A DNA stretch of 63,693 bases, the filler included, from Chiloscyllium plagiosum (Eukaryota): NCBI RefSeq assembly GCF_004010195.1. It is 4 parts of one record of this genome, joined end to end, with 100 filler letters (N's around TTAATTAATTAA, not from the genome) between each part and the next. Parts side by side here need not be neighbours in the genome. Positions count along the whole stretch, not along the records: positions 28,749 to 57,295 come from NC_057714.1; 3 more parts are not named here. One strand, 5' to 3'. Of the stretch, positions 37,925 through 50,405 are shown piece after piece (within the stretch, counting starts at the first letter, position 1; the number at the start of each line of letters is the position of its first letter). A program made the position numbers and the translations under genes. The notes beneath the pieces are model-generated. The model was not told where the DNA came from and ran no database searches. It saw only the letters and a program-made list of their open reading frames with translations.

Positions 37925-39170
37925 CGTGTGGTGTTGGAAAAGCACAGCCGGTCAGGCAGCATCCGAGGAGCAGGAGAATCGACGTTTCGGGTTAGATGCG
38001 AGGGAAGGTGGACAGGTCAAGAGGGCGGAGCTGAGTTGGAGGCTTGAAACTGGGGTAAGGTGGGGGAAGGGGAAATGAGGAAACTGGTGAAATCCACATT
38101 GATCCCGTTTGGTTACAGGGTCCCAAGGTGGAATATAAGACGTTCTTCCTCCAGGCATCAGGTGGTGAGGGAGTGGCGATGGAGGAGGCCCAGGACCTGC
38201 ATGTCTTTGGTGGAGCAGGAGGGGGAGTTGAAATGTTCAGCTACAGGGCGGTGGGTTTGGTTGGTGTGGGTGTCTCAGAGATGTTCTCTGAAATGATCCG
38301 TAAGTTGGCGTCCTGTCTCCCTAATGTAGGGGAGACCACATTGAGAACAATGGACACAGTAGATGATGTGTGTGGAATTACAGATAAATTTCTGTCGGAT
38401 GTGGAAGGATTCTTTGGGGCCTTGGATGGAGATGAGGGGACTGGTGTGGACCCAGGTTTTGCACTTCCTGCAGTGGCAGGGGAAGGTGCCAGAGTGGGGT
38501 GTGGGCTGGTGGGGGTGTGTGATTCTAATGAAGGAGTTGTGGAGGGAATGGTCTCTCCGAAATGCTGACAAGGGTGGGGAGGGAAATATATCCGTAATAG
38601 GTGATGGGATCTGTTTGTAGGTGGCGGAAATGGCGGAGGATGATGCAATGTATACAGAGATTGGTGGGTGGAAGGTGAGGACTGGGTGGGGGGGTTGTTC
38701 AGTCCTTGTTGCAATTGGAGGGGTGCGATTCAAGGGCAGAGATGCAGGTTGTGTATGAGATGCACTGGAGGGCATCATCAACCACGTGGGAGGGGAAATT
38801 GTGGTCTTTGAAGTAGGAGGCCATCTGGGATGTTCTCGGGTGGAATTGGTCTTCCTGGGAGCAGATGTGGCCGAGGCAGAGGAATTGGGAATAAGGGATA
38901 GTGTTTTTACAGGAGGCAGGGTGGGAGCTGTTGTAGTCTAGGTAGCTGTGGGAGTCAGTGGGTTTGTAGTAGATGTCTGTGGTTAGTCGATTGCTGGAGA
39001 TGGTGATGGGGAGGTCCAGGAAGGGGAAGGAGGTGTCTGAGATGGTCCAGGTGAACTTAAGGTCAGGGTGGAAGGCATTGGTGAAGTTGATGAACTGTTC
39101 AACCTCCTCGTGGGAGCATGGCCTGGAGTCAATACAGTCATCGATGTAGCGGAGAAACAGGAATCTCCTC
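37925..39170 (-). mobile_element. Penelope-like element: RT C-terminal part, GIY-YIG endonuclease and internally deleted family-A terminal repeat
   Basis: LRYIDDC...FHPDLKFT...FLDL...TDIYYKPTDSHSYLDY.S.HP...IPYSQFL; C.CRKCKT...F.CNSTHIIYCVHCSQCGLPYIRETGRQLTDHFREH. Confidence 0.93.
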
Positions 39171-40504
39171 ACTTTCTCCTTCTCTTTGTGCTGGAAATAT
39201 CCTGAAAAAGGTGGTGAAAGTAGGGTCCTTGAAACTTTTGAGTTAGATGTCGAGACATTCTTTTCAGGGGGTGAAAGGTTATCAGAGAGTATGGCTCTGA
39301 GGTGAAAATCGAATCAAACACGATCTTATTGAATGGCAGAACAGGCTGAGGGGACAGTGTGACCTTCCCTTGCACCTTGTCTATATATCCCCTCTCTCCC
39401 AGTCTATTTGTCACTCCCTCAGTTCCTTACTCGGTTCCTCTCACCCTCTGTTTGTCTCCTTTCTGTCCCTGTATTTCCAATGGAATGTTTGTGATGTGCA
39501 GGGCCAAACTGTGCCTGATGTTTTGGTTACAAACACTTCTTAAGGGACAGGAGCAGACTTAGGCCATTCAGCCCATCAAGTCTGTGCCACCATTCGATCA
39601 TGGCTGATATGTTTCTCAATCCCTTTTTCCTGCCTTCTCCCTGGAACTTTTGAACCTCTTATTAATCAAGAAGTTATTCACCTCTGTTTTAACTACACTG
39701 TGACTTGCCTCACAGCCCTCTGCAACACGGTTTTCCACAGATTCACCCCCTCTGGCTGAAGAAATCCCTCCTCATCTCAGTTCTGAACGGTCGTCCCTTC
39801 ACCTTGAGGCTGTACCCTTGGGTCCTCGTCTCTCCTACTGTTGGAAACATCTTCTCCATGTCCTCTCTCTCCAGGCCTCTCAGTATTGTGTCAGTTTTAA
39901 TCAGACCATCCCGAGCCTCATCTTTCTAAACGCCACTGAGTACAGAACCAGAGTCCTCAAGCTGTAAAACTTACCCACATCAAGTGGAGACATCCCCAGA
40001 GAGGATTTGTTTAAACAACCAGGTTCCCATGTCAGAATGTTCCTGGATCGATTGTGAGTTTACTTAAACTGGCCTAAATGGGAGGATTTTGCAGACTGAT
40101 CTATCTGCACAGTATGTCACTTTGGCCAAAGAACTTAGAGACCAACTGGAAACTGAAACTCTCTGCAATTTCCTGCTCCTCGGATACTGCCTGACCTGCT
40201 GTGCTTTGCCAGCAACACACTCTGATCTAACTCTGGTTTCCAGCATCTGCAGTTCTCACGTTTGCCTAGTTGCTTACAATCCCACACTGTCACAATGCTG
40301 CACAGTGAGATTTGCATGTGGTTGTGTGGATTTGTTTGTAGACCAGGTGGAGTCAGACAGGTGGAAGGTGAAGAGACGAGGTACTCACACAAACTGAGCA
40401 GAGGGTTGGACAGACACTGACACGCAATCAAAAAAACAACAGCAAGGAGCTGAGAGGATCAATCCGGCTCCTCACACCGCTCTGGGAAATGACAAGATCG
40501 CCCA

Positions 40505-40547
40505 ATGGAACCAGAGAATAGCTCAGAGGGACTTTACAAAGACACAG
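40505..40547 (+). CDS. Candidate short coding start (MEPENSSEGLYKDT, phase 1) at the end of exon 40342-40547
   Basis: Acceptor tttgtttgtag| at 40341, strong donor CAG|gtgagt; ccaATGG with an upstream in-frame TGA; splices in frame to 44332. Confidence 0.45.
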
Positions 40548-43049
40548 GTGAGTGCGCGTCCCCATCAGAGTGAACCAGTTGGTGTAAATGTGTATTTAAT
40601 ATTCCATCCAGTCCAACCCCATTCCCCCACATACCCTGCACCCTTTAATATCCTATCCAGCCTAATCCCTCACTCCTCACACCCTTTAATATCCCACCTA
40701 TTCTAATCCCCACTTTGCCCCTCACTTTGGAAGGTGCCACCGGAGCAGACTGCTTTGTCCTGGATGGTGTTGAGCTTCTTGAGTGTTGTTGGAGCTGCCC
40801 CCATCCAGGGCAAGTGGGGAGTATTCCATCACCCTCCTTCCTTATGCCTTGTAGATGATGGACAGGCTTTGGGGAGAGAGGAGGTGGGTTACTTGCTTCA
40901 GGATTCCCTGACCTGACCTGCTCTTGTAGTCATTCTGTTTATGTGGCAAGTTCAATTTACTTGCTGGTCAATAGGAACCCCAGGTATGTTGATAGTGGGG
41001 GGATTCAGTGATGGTAACACCATTGGATGTCAAGTGGCAGTGATTAGATTGTCTTTTATTGGAGATGGTCATTGCCTTGCCTTTGTGTGGCACAAATCTT
41101 ATTGTCCCTTGTCAGCCCAAACCTGGATATTGTCTAGACCTTATTGTGTTTGAACATGGACATGGACTGCTTCAGTATCTGAGGAGTCGCAAATGGTGGT
41201 GAACGTTGTGCAATCATAAGTGAACGTCCCCAATTTTGACCTTATGATGGAGGCAAGGTCATTGATGAAGCAGCTGAAGATGATTGGGCCGAGGACACTA
41301 CCCTACGGACTCCTGCAGAGATGTCCTGGAGCTGAGATGACTGACCCTCCACAATCACAACCATCTTCCTCTGTGCCAGGTATGACTCTAACCAGCAGAG
41401 AGTTTGCCCCCCGGTACCCATTGATTCCAGTTTTGCCAGGGCTCCTTGGTGTGGCCTTGGTCTCACGGGGAGGCAACGGACTAATGGTATTATCACTAGA
41501 TTATTAATCCAGTAACTCAGCTAATGTTATGGGGACCCAGGTTCAAATCCCAACACGACAGATACTGGAACGTGAATTTAATAAAAATCTGGAATTAAGA
41601 ATCTAATGATGACCATGGATCCATGGTTGATTGTTGGGAAAGCCCATCTGGCTCACATTCCATGAGTCAATATTAATTTTAAAAAACGGGCAGATAGTGT
41701 GCAGGTGCAGTGTTAACGTCACTGAGTGGGGTTCAGTTAATGTGTGATTTGTATTCAAGTCCACTCTGTCAAAAAGAGAAATTTGAATTTGTTAACGTTC
41801 TGGAATAAAAGGCTAGCGTAATGGTGACCATGTAAACGTCGCTGATTTTTAATAAAAACCCATGGGTCATTAATGTTCTTCAGGGAAGGAAGTATACCAG
41901 CCTTATTGGGTTTGGACTATACATGACTCCACACCCACAGCAATGTGATTGAGTCGAAACAGCCCTCGGAAATGGTCTAGTGAGACACTGGGTTCAAGGG
42001 TAACTCGGGATGGGCAATAAATACTGACTCAGCTCTGCAGAGGTGAGAAGGATTTGTGTTTTGAAAAAAGTCGTGGGTCTGAAATGAATGGAGGAACAAG
42101 TGGGGTGACTTCTGTCCACCCACTCAACAAGCTGTTGTTAAGATCTGAATGCGAACAGTTGTAGAATCGATGAGGTTTGTAAATTGGACTTCAGGTTAGG
42201 TGAGAGTATTCGGATATCCTGATATTTGATATTTTCAAGATATTCTAATATTTTAACCAAAGAGTCCTTTACTGCTGATTCTGCCTGAGAGGGTTCTACT
42301 TGTGTTTTCGAACAGTCAGACTCTAACTTTTCCAGCCTGAATGTCGCTCTTCAATTAATGCATCGAAGGCTGCTGGGAAACACAGCAATGACAGTTCAGA
42401 GGCTGTTGCTAGGCAACCTTCAGAGCCCTGATCAACTAGCTTGACTTGCAATTCAAATCATAAATCTATCTTATCTCTCTGAAGAACTTTGCTTCCGTGA
42501 AGTCACTTTACTTTCTGTAAACAATAGGTGAATCATTACAAACTACAACTCTTCTGTAATTACCATTGAACACAACACCCATAAATCATGCAGTCAAATC
42601 CCTCTTTAATCCAAAATGTTCCAATATTTCCAGGTTCAACTTCCTTGTAAGCCATAAAAATGTGGGCGATTCTAAAAGGCCTCCATCCTTGGAAGATGAA
42701 AGGTAAGAAACTAGAAGCAGATGTAGGCCATTCAGCCCATCGTTCAATGAGATAGTGGCTGATCTCACCATCCTCAGCTTCACTTTCCTGCCTTTTCCCT
42801 ATAACCCTCGATTCCCTTACTGATTGAAACTCTCTCTATCTCAGCCTTGAATATATTCAATGCCCCAGCCTCAACAGCCCTCTGTGGTAAAGATTTCCAC
42901 AAATTCACTCCCCTCAGAGAAGAAATTCCTTCCCATTTATGTCTTAAAATATGTGATCCCCCTCTTCTGAGACGATGTACTCTGGCCCTAGACTCTCCCA
43001 CATGGTGAAACAACCTTGACACATCGATCTTGTGAAGCCATGTATCAAA

Positions 43050-43808
43050 CCCTGTTCTGCCCCTTGCCTGGGGATGTTTGATGGGGGACAGTGTAGAGGG
43101 AGCTTTACTCTGTATCTAACCCCGTGCTGTTCCTGTCTTGGGAGTGTTTGATGGGGGACAGTGTAGAGGGAGCTTTACTCTGTATCTAACCCCATGCTGT
43201 TCCTGTCCTGGGAGTGTTTGATGGGGGACAGTGTAGAGGGAGCTTTACTCTGTATCTGGCCCAATGCTATCCCTGTCCTGAGGATGTTTGATGTGGAGAC
43301 AGTGTAGAGGGAGCTTTACTCTGTATCTAATCCCGTGCTGTCCCTGTCCTGGGAGTGTTTGACGGGGTACAGTGTAGAGGGAGCTTTACTCTGTATCTAA
43401 CCCCATGCTGTCCCTCTCCTGGGAGTGTTTGATGGGGTACAGTGTAGAGGGAGCTTTACTCTGTATCTAACCCCATGCTGTCCCTGTCCTGGGAGTGTTT
43501 GATGGGGTACAGTGTAGAGGGAGCTTTACTGTGTATCTAATCCTGTGCTGTCCCTGTCCTGGGAGTGTTTGATGGAGTACAGTGTAGAGGGAGCTTTACT
43601 CTGTATCTAATCCCGTGCTGTCCCTGTCCTGGGAGTATTTGCTGGGGGACAGTGTAGAGGGAGCTTTACTCTGTATCTAATCCCGTGCTGTCCCTGTGTT
43701 GGGAGTATTTGCTGGGGGACAGTGTAGAGGGAGCTTTACTCTGTATCTAATCCCGTGCTGTCCCTCTCCTGGGAGTGTTTGCTGGGGGACAGTGTAGAGG
43801 GAGTTTTA
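43050..43808. repeat. Minisatellite, 70-bp unit, ~11 copies (atgggggacagtgtagagggagctttactctgtatctaaccccgtgctgtccctgtcctgggagtgtttg)
   Basis: Period 70 seen directly (43081, 43151, 43221). Confidence 0.95.
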
Positions 43809-44331
43809 CCTTCAGTTTGAAACAGTGGAGTGAGCTTTAGTATTGCAGGGTGCATACATTGCTGGTAAACCCCCCCTGGGTCACTGGGTTGGAAGGGTTG
43901 CTGCGGAGTTCTGATAATGCTCTGAGCCAGGTGTGAGTACCATTTCCACTGTGCCCACATGGTGTTGAAGGAATGGGATCACTTTCCAAGGCAGGATCCT
44001 GGGTTTTATTCCCTTGTAGGTTGTGTGCCAGTTGATTGCTCCAATGTTTAATGCCTGCCTTTAGTTGCTCCTTGAGGAGGTGGCACGAACTGCCATGTTG
44101 AGATGCTGTTGGTTGTGCCGCAGTGCTGTGAAGGAGAGAGTTCTAGGTCTATCTACAGCACATGGACATTGGGAACGTACCACCTTCTCAAGGGGCAGTT
44201 AGAGACAGGCAGGAAATGCTGCACCAAAAGGAAAACCAAAGGTGTCACTCATTGGATGTGATTATGCAGACCAGAAGCTTGTGTTGTATTGCTCAGGTGT
44301 GTTAGTGAATAACCTCTCACCTCTGTTACAG

Positions 44332-44390
44332 ACAGCAAACACCAGCAACTGGAAGTAATCGAAAGGTGGATTAATTACCACTTGGAAAAG
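44332..44390 (+). CDS. Candidate exon encoding the first helix of a calponin-homology domain, plectin-exon-2-like
   Basis: ctctcacctctgttacag| ... AAG|gtggga; 59 nt, phase 1 to 0; (D)SKHQQLEVIERWINYHLEK compared with plectin DERDRVQKKTFTKWVNKHLIK. Confidence 0.55.
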
Positions 44391-44789
44391 GTGGGACAGA
44401 GGCAAATGAACCTGGTAACACAGGATCTGGAACATGGGCTCAACTCCTTTCCTGAAACATTGGGATTGACAGGAATGGCTCCAGGAACAAGAAATTTGAG
44501 TCAGTGTGGGAATACTGGAAATGGTGGGCTGGTTCAGAGAAGGTTCAGGATTAGAGTGGTGCTGGAAAAGCACAGCAGGTCAGGCAGCATCCGAGGAGCA
44601 GGAGGTTCAGAGGAGACTTGACAGAAATGCTGAAAATCACAGAGTTAACAGGAAGGAGCAGTTTCCAGGGGTAGGACGGTCCATGACCAGACAGATACAG
44701 ATTGAAGAAAATCAATAAATGGACAGAGTCAGGAAGAATTGTTATTCGGGGTTGGGCAAGTCATTGTGACATAGAACACACTACCTGAG

Positions 44790-45699
44790 GGTTACAAATC
44801 TCACAACACCAGGTTACAGTCCAACAGGTTCATTTGGAAGCACTAGCTTTCGGAGCACTGCCCCTTCATCAGGTAGTTGTGGAGAATAAGATTGTTAGAC
44901 ACAGAATTTATAGCAAAACTTTTTTAAAAGTTACATTCTCAGGTTAACTGTAACAATTGGTGTCAGCCCAGATAATGTTATACATTGAAAAAGACCTGGT
45001 TTGTTTGTTAAGTCTCTCATCTGTTAGAATGACCATGTTAGTTTCACGTCTGTCATATGTAAATCACACAACTTTTTTAAAAGTTACATTCTCAGGTTAA
45101 CTGTAACAATTGGTGTCAGCCCAGATAATGTTAGCCCCCTGTGTCCCCTGTGTTCCCTGTCTGTGCCATAATGTTCAGACTGATTCTAATGTAGAAGGTG
45201 AGTTAATGAGTCTTACATGGATTCATGCAGTTTTTGAGCAAAGTACAATGTAATCCATGTAAGACTCTAGTAACTCATATTTTAGACTAGAATCAGACTA
45301 AACATTATGGCACAGACAGGGAACACAGGGGGCTAACACCTTCAACATCTTAACACATTATCTGGGCTGACACCAATTGTTACAGTTAACCTGAGAGTGT
45401 AACTTTTAAAAAAAGTTTTATGATTTACACATGAAAGTGAAACTAACATGGTCATTCTAACAGATGAGAGACTTAACAAACAAACCAGGTCTTTTTCAAT
45501 GTATAATTTCAGTTACATCACACTGTAAACTTTTGCTATAAATTCTGTGTCTTACAATCTTATTCTCCACAACCACCTGATGAAGGAGCAGTGCTCCGAA
45601 AGCTGGTGCTTCTAAATAAACCTGTTGGACTAAAACCTGGCGTTGTGTGATTTGTAACTTTGTCCACCCCAGTCCAACACCAGCATCTCCACATCATAA
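44790..45699. mobile_element. ~910-bp fold-back PLE-derived insertion (family B) with hammerheads on both arms (44841-44875 -, 45574-45608 +)
   Basis: Inverted arms ~44790-45223 and 45252-45660 with a 28-nt spacer; target-site duplication actacctgag at 44780-44789 and 45700-45709. Confidence 0.88.
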
Positions 45700-46639
45700 A
45701 CTACCTGAGAGGGCAATGAAAACTGATTGAACAGGAATTGTGGAAAGACTGATTCTTTTTACTTTTATGTATTTTTAATTGTGAACCAAAATTTATTTTA
45801 AAACACAAGGAAGGTGGAAGGGATTACTGCACTTGTTAAAAACACTCATTGCAAGTGGTATTTACACTGTTGCTGACTCAAGCAGTGAGGAGAGGTTACT
45901 GCAGATCAGATGAAGCCAGAGGGGGGTGTAGGAGGGAGATTTAGTCAGTAACAAGCAGCTGATTGACCTGTGCAGTGGTGAACAGTTAGTATTGATCATG
46001 GCTGCCCACCTGATTGGCTCGCATCTGAACAACTTTGGGCTGTGCATGTCTCTGCAGAAACTAGTGGGAGGTTGAGAGAAGAAGGAGTTGTTCCTGGTTC
46101 CGTAGTAAAAAGCAGCACATTATGGTCCTGGCAGAGTCTCAGAGAGAAGGTATACTGTCAAAACAGTCTACCTCCTTGAGGCACTTACAGGACTGAACTT
46201 TATAAACCCACGACCACTTCCATCTAGAAGGACAAGGGCCGCAGATACATGGGAACACCACCCCGTGCAAGTTCCCCTCTGAGCCACTCTCCATCCTGAC
46301 TGGGAAATATATCACCGTTCCTTCACTGTCACTGGGTCAGAATCCTGGAATTCCCTCCCTCAGGGACATTGTGGGTCAACCCTCAGCACATGGACTGCAG
46401 CGGGTCAGGAAGGCAGCTCACCCCCACCTTCTCAAGGGGGCAACTAGGGACAGGCAATAAATGCTGGGCCCAGACAGCGATCCCCATATCCCATGAGAAA
46501 CTCTTTGGACGGACTGTTTGGATCCACAACTCCTCAATTCATTACGGATTGAAACAGGCCATTCTGCCCAATGGAATTTTAAATGTTACTGTAGGCTCAC
46601 ACCGAGTCTCTTCAGCTCATCCTGTCAGCACCTTGCTAA

Positions 46640-48470
46640 AGAAATAAGACCATAAGACATGGGAGTGGAAGCAAGGCAATTCGGCCCATCGAGTCCACTC
46701 CGCCATTTAGTCATGGCTGATGGGCATTTCAATGCCACTTACCCACATTCTCCCCATATTCCTTAATTCCGTGCGAGATTAAGAATTTATCAATCTCTGC
46801 CTTGAAGACATTTAGCGTCCCGGCCTCCATTGAGCTCCGTAGTAATGTATTCCACAGGCCCACCACTCTCTGGCTGAAGAAATGTCTCCACATTTCCGTT
46901 CTAAATTTACCCCCTCTAATTCTAAGGCTGTGCCCACGGGTCCTAGTCTCCCCACCTAACGGAAACACCTTCCCAGCATCCACCCTTTGTAAGCCATACA
47001 TTATCTTGTAAATTTCTAATAGATCTCCCCTCAACTTTCTAAACTCTAATGAATCCCAGGATCCTCAGTCAATCATCGTATGTTAGGCAAACGTGGAGCT
47101 CAGGAACCCACCAGAAATTCTCCAAACACTGTGGCAACGATGGACGCTGTGCTGCCAGGCAACAGGCCATACCGTTTTCTCAGTTATTTGTAAGTGGGTA
47201 CAGAACATACTGTAAATGACCAGCCCACACTCATGGAGATTTGGTGATTGGGAAGCACTTGCTGAGTACGCTAATTGCTACACAATCGCTCAATGTAATA
47301 ACCAGTCAAGTTCATAAGCAGGTTAGTTTATGCTTGCGAAAATATTCGGACACGGAACTAGCTAACATGCAAACTGGACTATAATTCCCAATGCTTTCTC
47401 ATGACAACACTTTAGCCTCTGAAAGAAGACCCAGGGTGGCGGTTGATGGGAAATGTTCATCCTGGAGCTCAGTTGGAGCTCAGTGCCACACGGATCTGTT
47501 CTGGGGCCCCTCCCTGTTTGTCATTTTTATAAACGATCTGGATGTGGGGTTAGAAGGATGGGTTAGTAAATTTGCGGATGACACTAAGGTAGGCAGAGTT
47601 GTGGACAGTGCTGAAGGATGTTGTGGGTTACAGAGGGACATCGATAAGCTGCAGAACTGGGCTGAGAAGTGGCAAATGGAGTTTAAATGTGGTAAAGGTG
47701 TGAGGTAGTTCACTTCGGCTAAGTAACAGGAATGCAGAGTACTGGGCTAATGGTAAAATTCTTGGCAGTGTAGATGGGCAGAGAGATCTCAGTGTCCTGG
47801 TGCATAAATCCCTGAAAGTTGCCACCCAGGTTGATAGGATTGTTAAGAAGACGTATGGTGTGTTGGTGTTTATTGGTAGAGGATTGAGTTTCAGAGCCAC
47901 GAGGTCATACTTCAGCTGTACAAGACTCTGGTAAGGCTGCACCTGGAGTATTGTGTACAGATCTGGTCACCGCATTATAGGGAGGAGGTGGAAACTTTGG
48001 AAAGGGTGCAGAGGAGATTTACGAGGATGTTGCCTGGTATGGAGGGAAGGTCTTACGAGGAAAGGCTGAGGGACCTGAGTCTGTTTTTGTTAGAGAGAAG
48101 AAGGTTGAGAGGTGACTTAATTGAGACATATAAGATAATCAGAGGGTTAGATAGGGTGGACAGTGAGAGCCTTTTTCCTCAGATGGTGAAGGCTAGCACG
48201 AGGGGACATAGCTTTAAATTGAGGGGTGATAGATATAGGGCAGTGATCAGGGATAGTTTAATCACTCAGAGAGTAGTAGGGGCATGGAATGGCCTGCCTG
48301 CAACAGTAGTAGATTTGCCAACATTAAAGGTATTTAAATGGGCATTGGACATACATATAGATAATAAGGGAACGGTGTGGGTTCGATGGGCATTGGATAA
48401 TTTTCACAGGTTGGTGCAACATCGAGGGCCGAAGGGCCTGTACTGCGCTGTAACGTTCTATGTTCTATGT
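46640..48470. mobile_element. CR1 3' end (-, 46640-47090) and CR1 RT-to-tail fragment (+, 47420-48470)
   Basis: ORFs 46729..47034, 47391..47708 (KFADDT) and 47988..48521. Confidence 0.88.
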
Positions 48471-48724
48471 TTAGCCAATCCATATCAAGTGGTGAGCCAA
48501 TCAGCAGACCTTTGTCTTTAACTTTGATTTGTTGATTGTTGTGTTGTTCCAATGAGTGTAAGGTAGAAAGTGAGTGATGCTGTGACTCCCTTTTCAGTCT
48601 TGGGACAGGACATTGAGAAACGAGGTGAGGAGAAATTACTTCCCTCAGAGGGTTGGGAATCTTTGGAATTCTCTGTTCCACAGGGTAGTGGGCAGGTAGA
48701 GACAGGTAATAAAATCAAAGGAAA

Positions 48725-49195
48725 CCTGAAAAAACACTCAAAGTGGCTGAGAAACTCAGCAGGTCTGGCAGTATCTGAGGAGAGAAAGCAGAGTTAACGT
48801 TTTGAATCCAGTGACCCTTTCTCATAACTGTTTGTAGTTGGGAAAAGGGAGGTTTTTATGCTGATGACTGAGTTGGTATGGGGTGAGTGAAGTGAAACAC
48901 TGGGACAGAGCCAGAAAGTGAGACAGAGAGAGAAAAGCAAAAGGCAAACATAAGGATTGCTAATGTTAAACAGAGAGAGAGATACACGCTGAGTAGGTGC
49001 TAACAAGAAGTGCAAACCACTGCAAATGAGTTTGCAGTGTATTGATCAAGCCACACAGGACAGAGCTCGGGGATGTGGGGATTGATAATAGACAAGGACG
49101 TAGGGGCTGATGCTCTGAAAGTATTAAACGGGATGTTGAATGATGAGGACTGCAAGGTACCTGGATGGAAAATTAGGTGCTGTTCATCAAACATT
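48725..49195 (-). mobile_element. Old Penelope-like 3' fragment (family D); related terminal remnants at ~19985-20120, 59065-59165, 61070-61155
   Basis: EQHLIFHPGTLQSSSFNIPF (GIY-YIG tail) followed by a decayed hammerhead-like ...gggtcactggattcaaaacgttaac. Confidence 0.6.
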
Positions 49196-49214
49196 CCTCA
49201 TTTGTTAATCTTTT

Positions 49215-50405
49215 CATTCCTGGGACCATTCTCGTGAACGTTCTCTGAAGATAGTCCAAGGCCAGTACGTCCTTCCTGAGATATGGGGCCCAAAACTGCA
49301 CACAATCTTCCAAATGTGGTCTGACCAGAGCCTTATAGANNNNNNNNNNNNNNNNNNNNNNNNNNNCCCACGTTGTCCTCCATCTGCCACTTCTTTGCCC
49401 ACTCTCCTATCCTGTCCAAATCCTTCTGCAGCCTCCCCACCTCCTCAATGCTACCTGTCCCTCTACCCACCTTTGTATTGTCTGCAAACGTGGCCAGAAT
49501 GCCCTCAGCTCCTTCATCTTGATCGTTATTGTATAAAGTGAAAAGTTGTGGTCCCAACACTGAGCCTTGTGGAACACCACTTGTCACCGGCTGCCATCCT
49601 GAGAAGGACCCTTTTATCCCAGTCTCTGTTTTCTGCCCGACAGCCCAGCTTCTATCTGTGCTAGCACCTTGCCCCTAACACCATGGGCACTTCGCTTACT
49701 CAGTAGCGTCCTGTACGGCACCTTGTCGAAGGTTTCCTGAAGTCCAGGTAGATAACATCCATTAGCTCTCCTTGGTCTAACCTGCTCATTACTTCCTCAA
49801 AGAATTCTAGCAGATCTGTCAGGTGTGACCTCCCCTTGATGAAACAATGTGGACTTTGCCGTATTTTACCGTACACTTCCAAGTATTCAGAAATCCTCTT
49901 CCTCACAATGAATTCCAGGATCTTCTCTACTGCCAGAAGGATGTGGCTGCTTTGGAGAGGGTACAGGTAAAGTTCACCAGGATGTTGCCTGGTCTGGGAG
50001 ATTTTAGTGAGGAAGAAAGGTCAGATTCACTGAGTTTGTTTTCTTTATAAAGTTACAAATGACATGGATAGAGTGGAAAGTATGAGGCTTTTTCCCAGGG
50101 ATGAGGGGGGTCAATTATGAGTCAATACAGGTTCAGGCAGAGAGGCAGGGGGTGGGGACAGAGTTTATAAGCAATGCATGAGACAGGTTTTTCACACAGA
50201 GGGTGGTGAGTGCCTGGAACGTGCTGTCAGAGGAGGTGGTGGATGCAGATACAATAGTTCAAGAAACACCTGGATAAATACAGGAATAGGAAGGGAATGG
50301 AGGGATATGGATCCTATAAGTGAAGACAGTTTAAGTATGGAAAGGCAACATGTGTCAGAGGAGGGTTGGAGGGCCGAACGGCCTGTTCCTGTGCTGTACT
50401 GTTCT
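49215..50405. mobile_element. CR1 fragments (-, 49215-49915; +, 49920-50405)
   Basis: ORFs 49333..49587 ([11 protein letters not shown]...FADNT), 49700..49906 and 49847..50050. Confidence 0.85.

Noticed and set aside
45932..46075. Frame EGDLVSNKQLIDLCSGEQLVLIMAAHLIG, resembling the CH motif DLRDGxxLxxLL, and nearby exon-like segment 46058-46149
   Set aside because: The first has no polypyrimidine acceptor or suitable donor; the second has the wrong entry phase and no similarity. Probably chance.
47376..47395. ZNF143/SBS-like motif ggactataattcccaatgc
   Set aside because: A single imperfect match with no CpG-island or promoter context.
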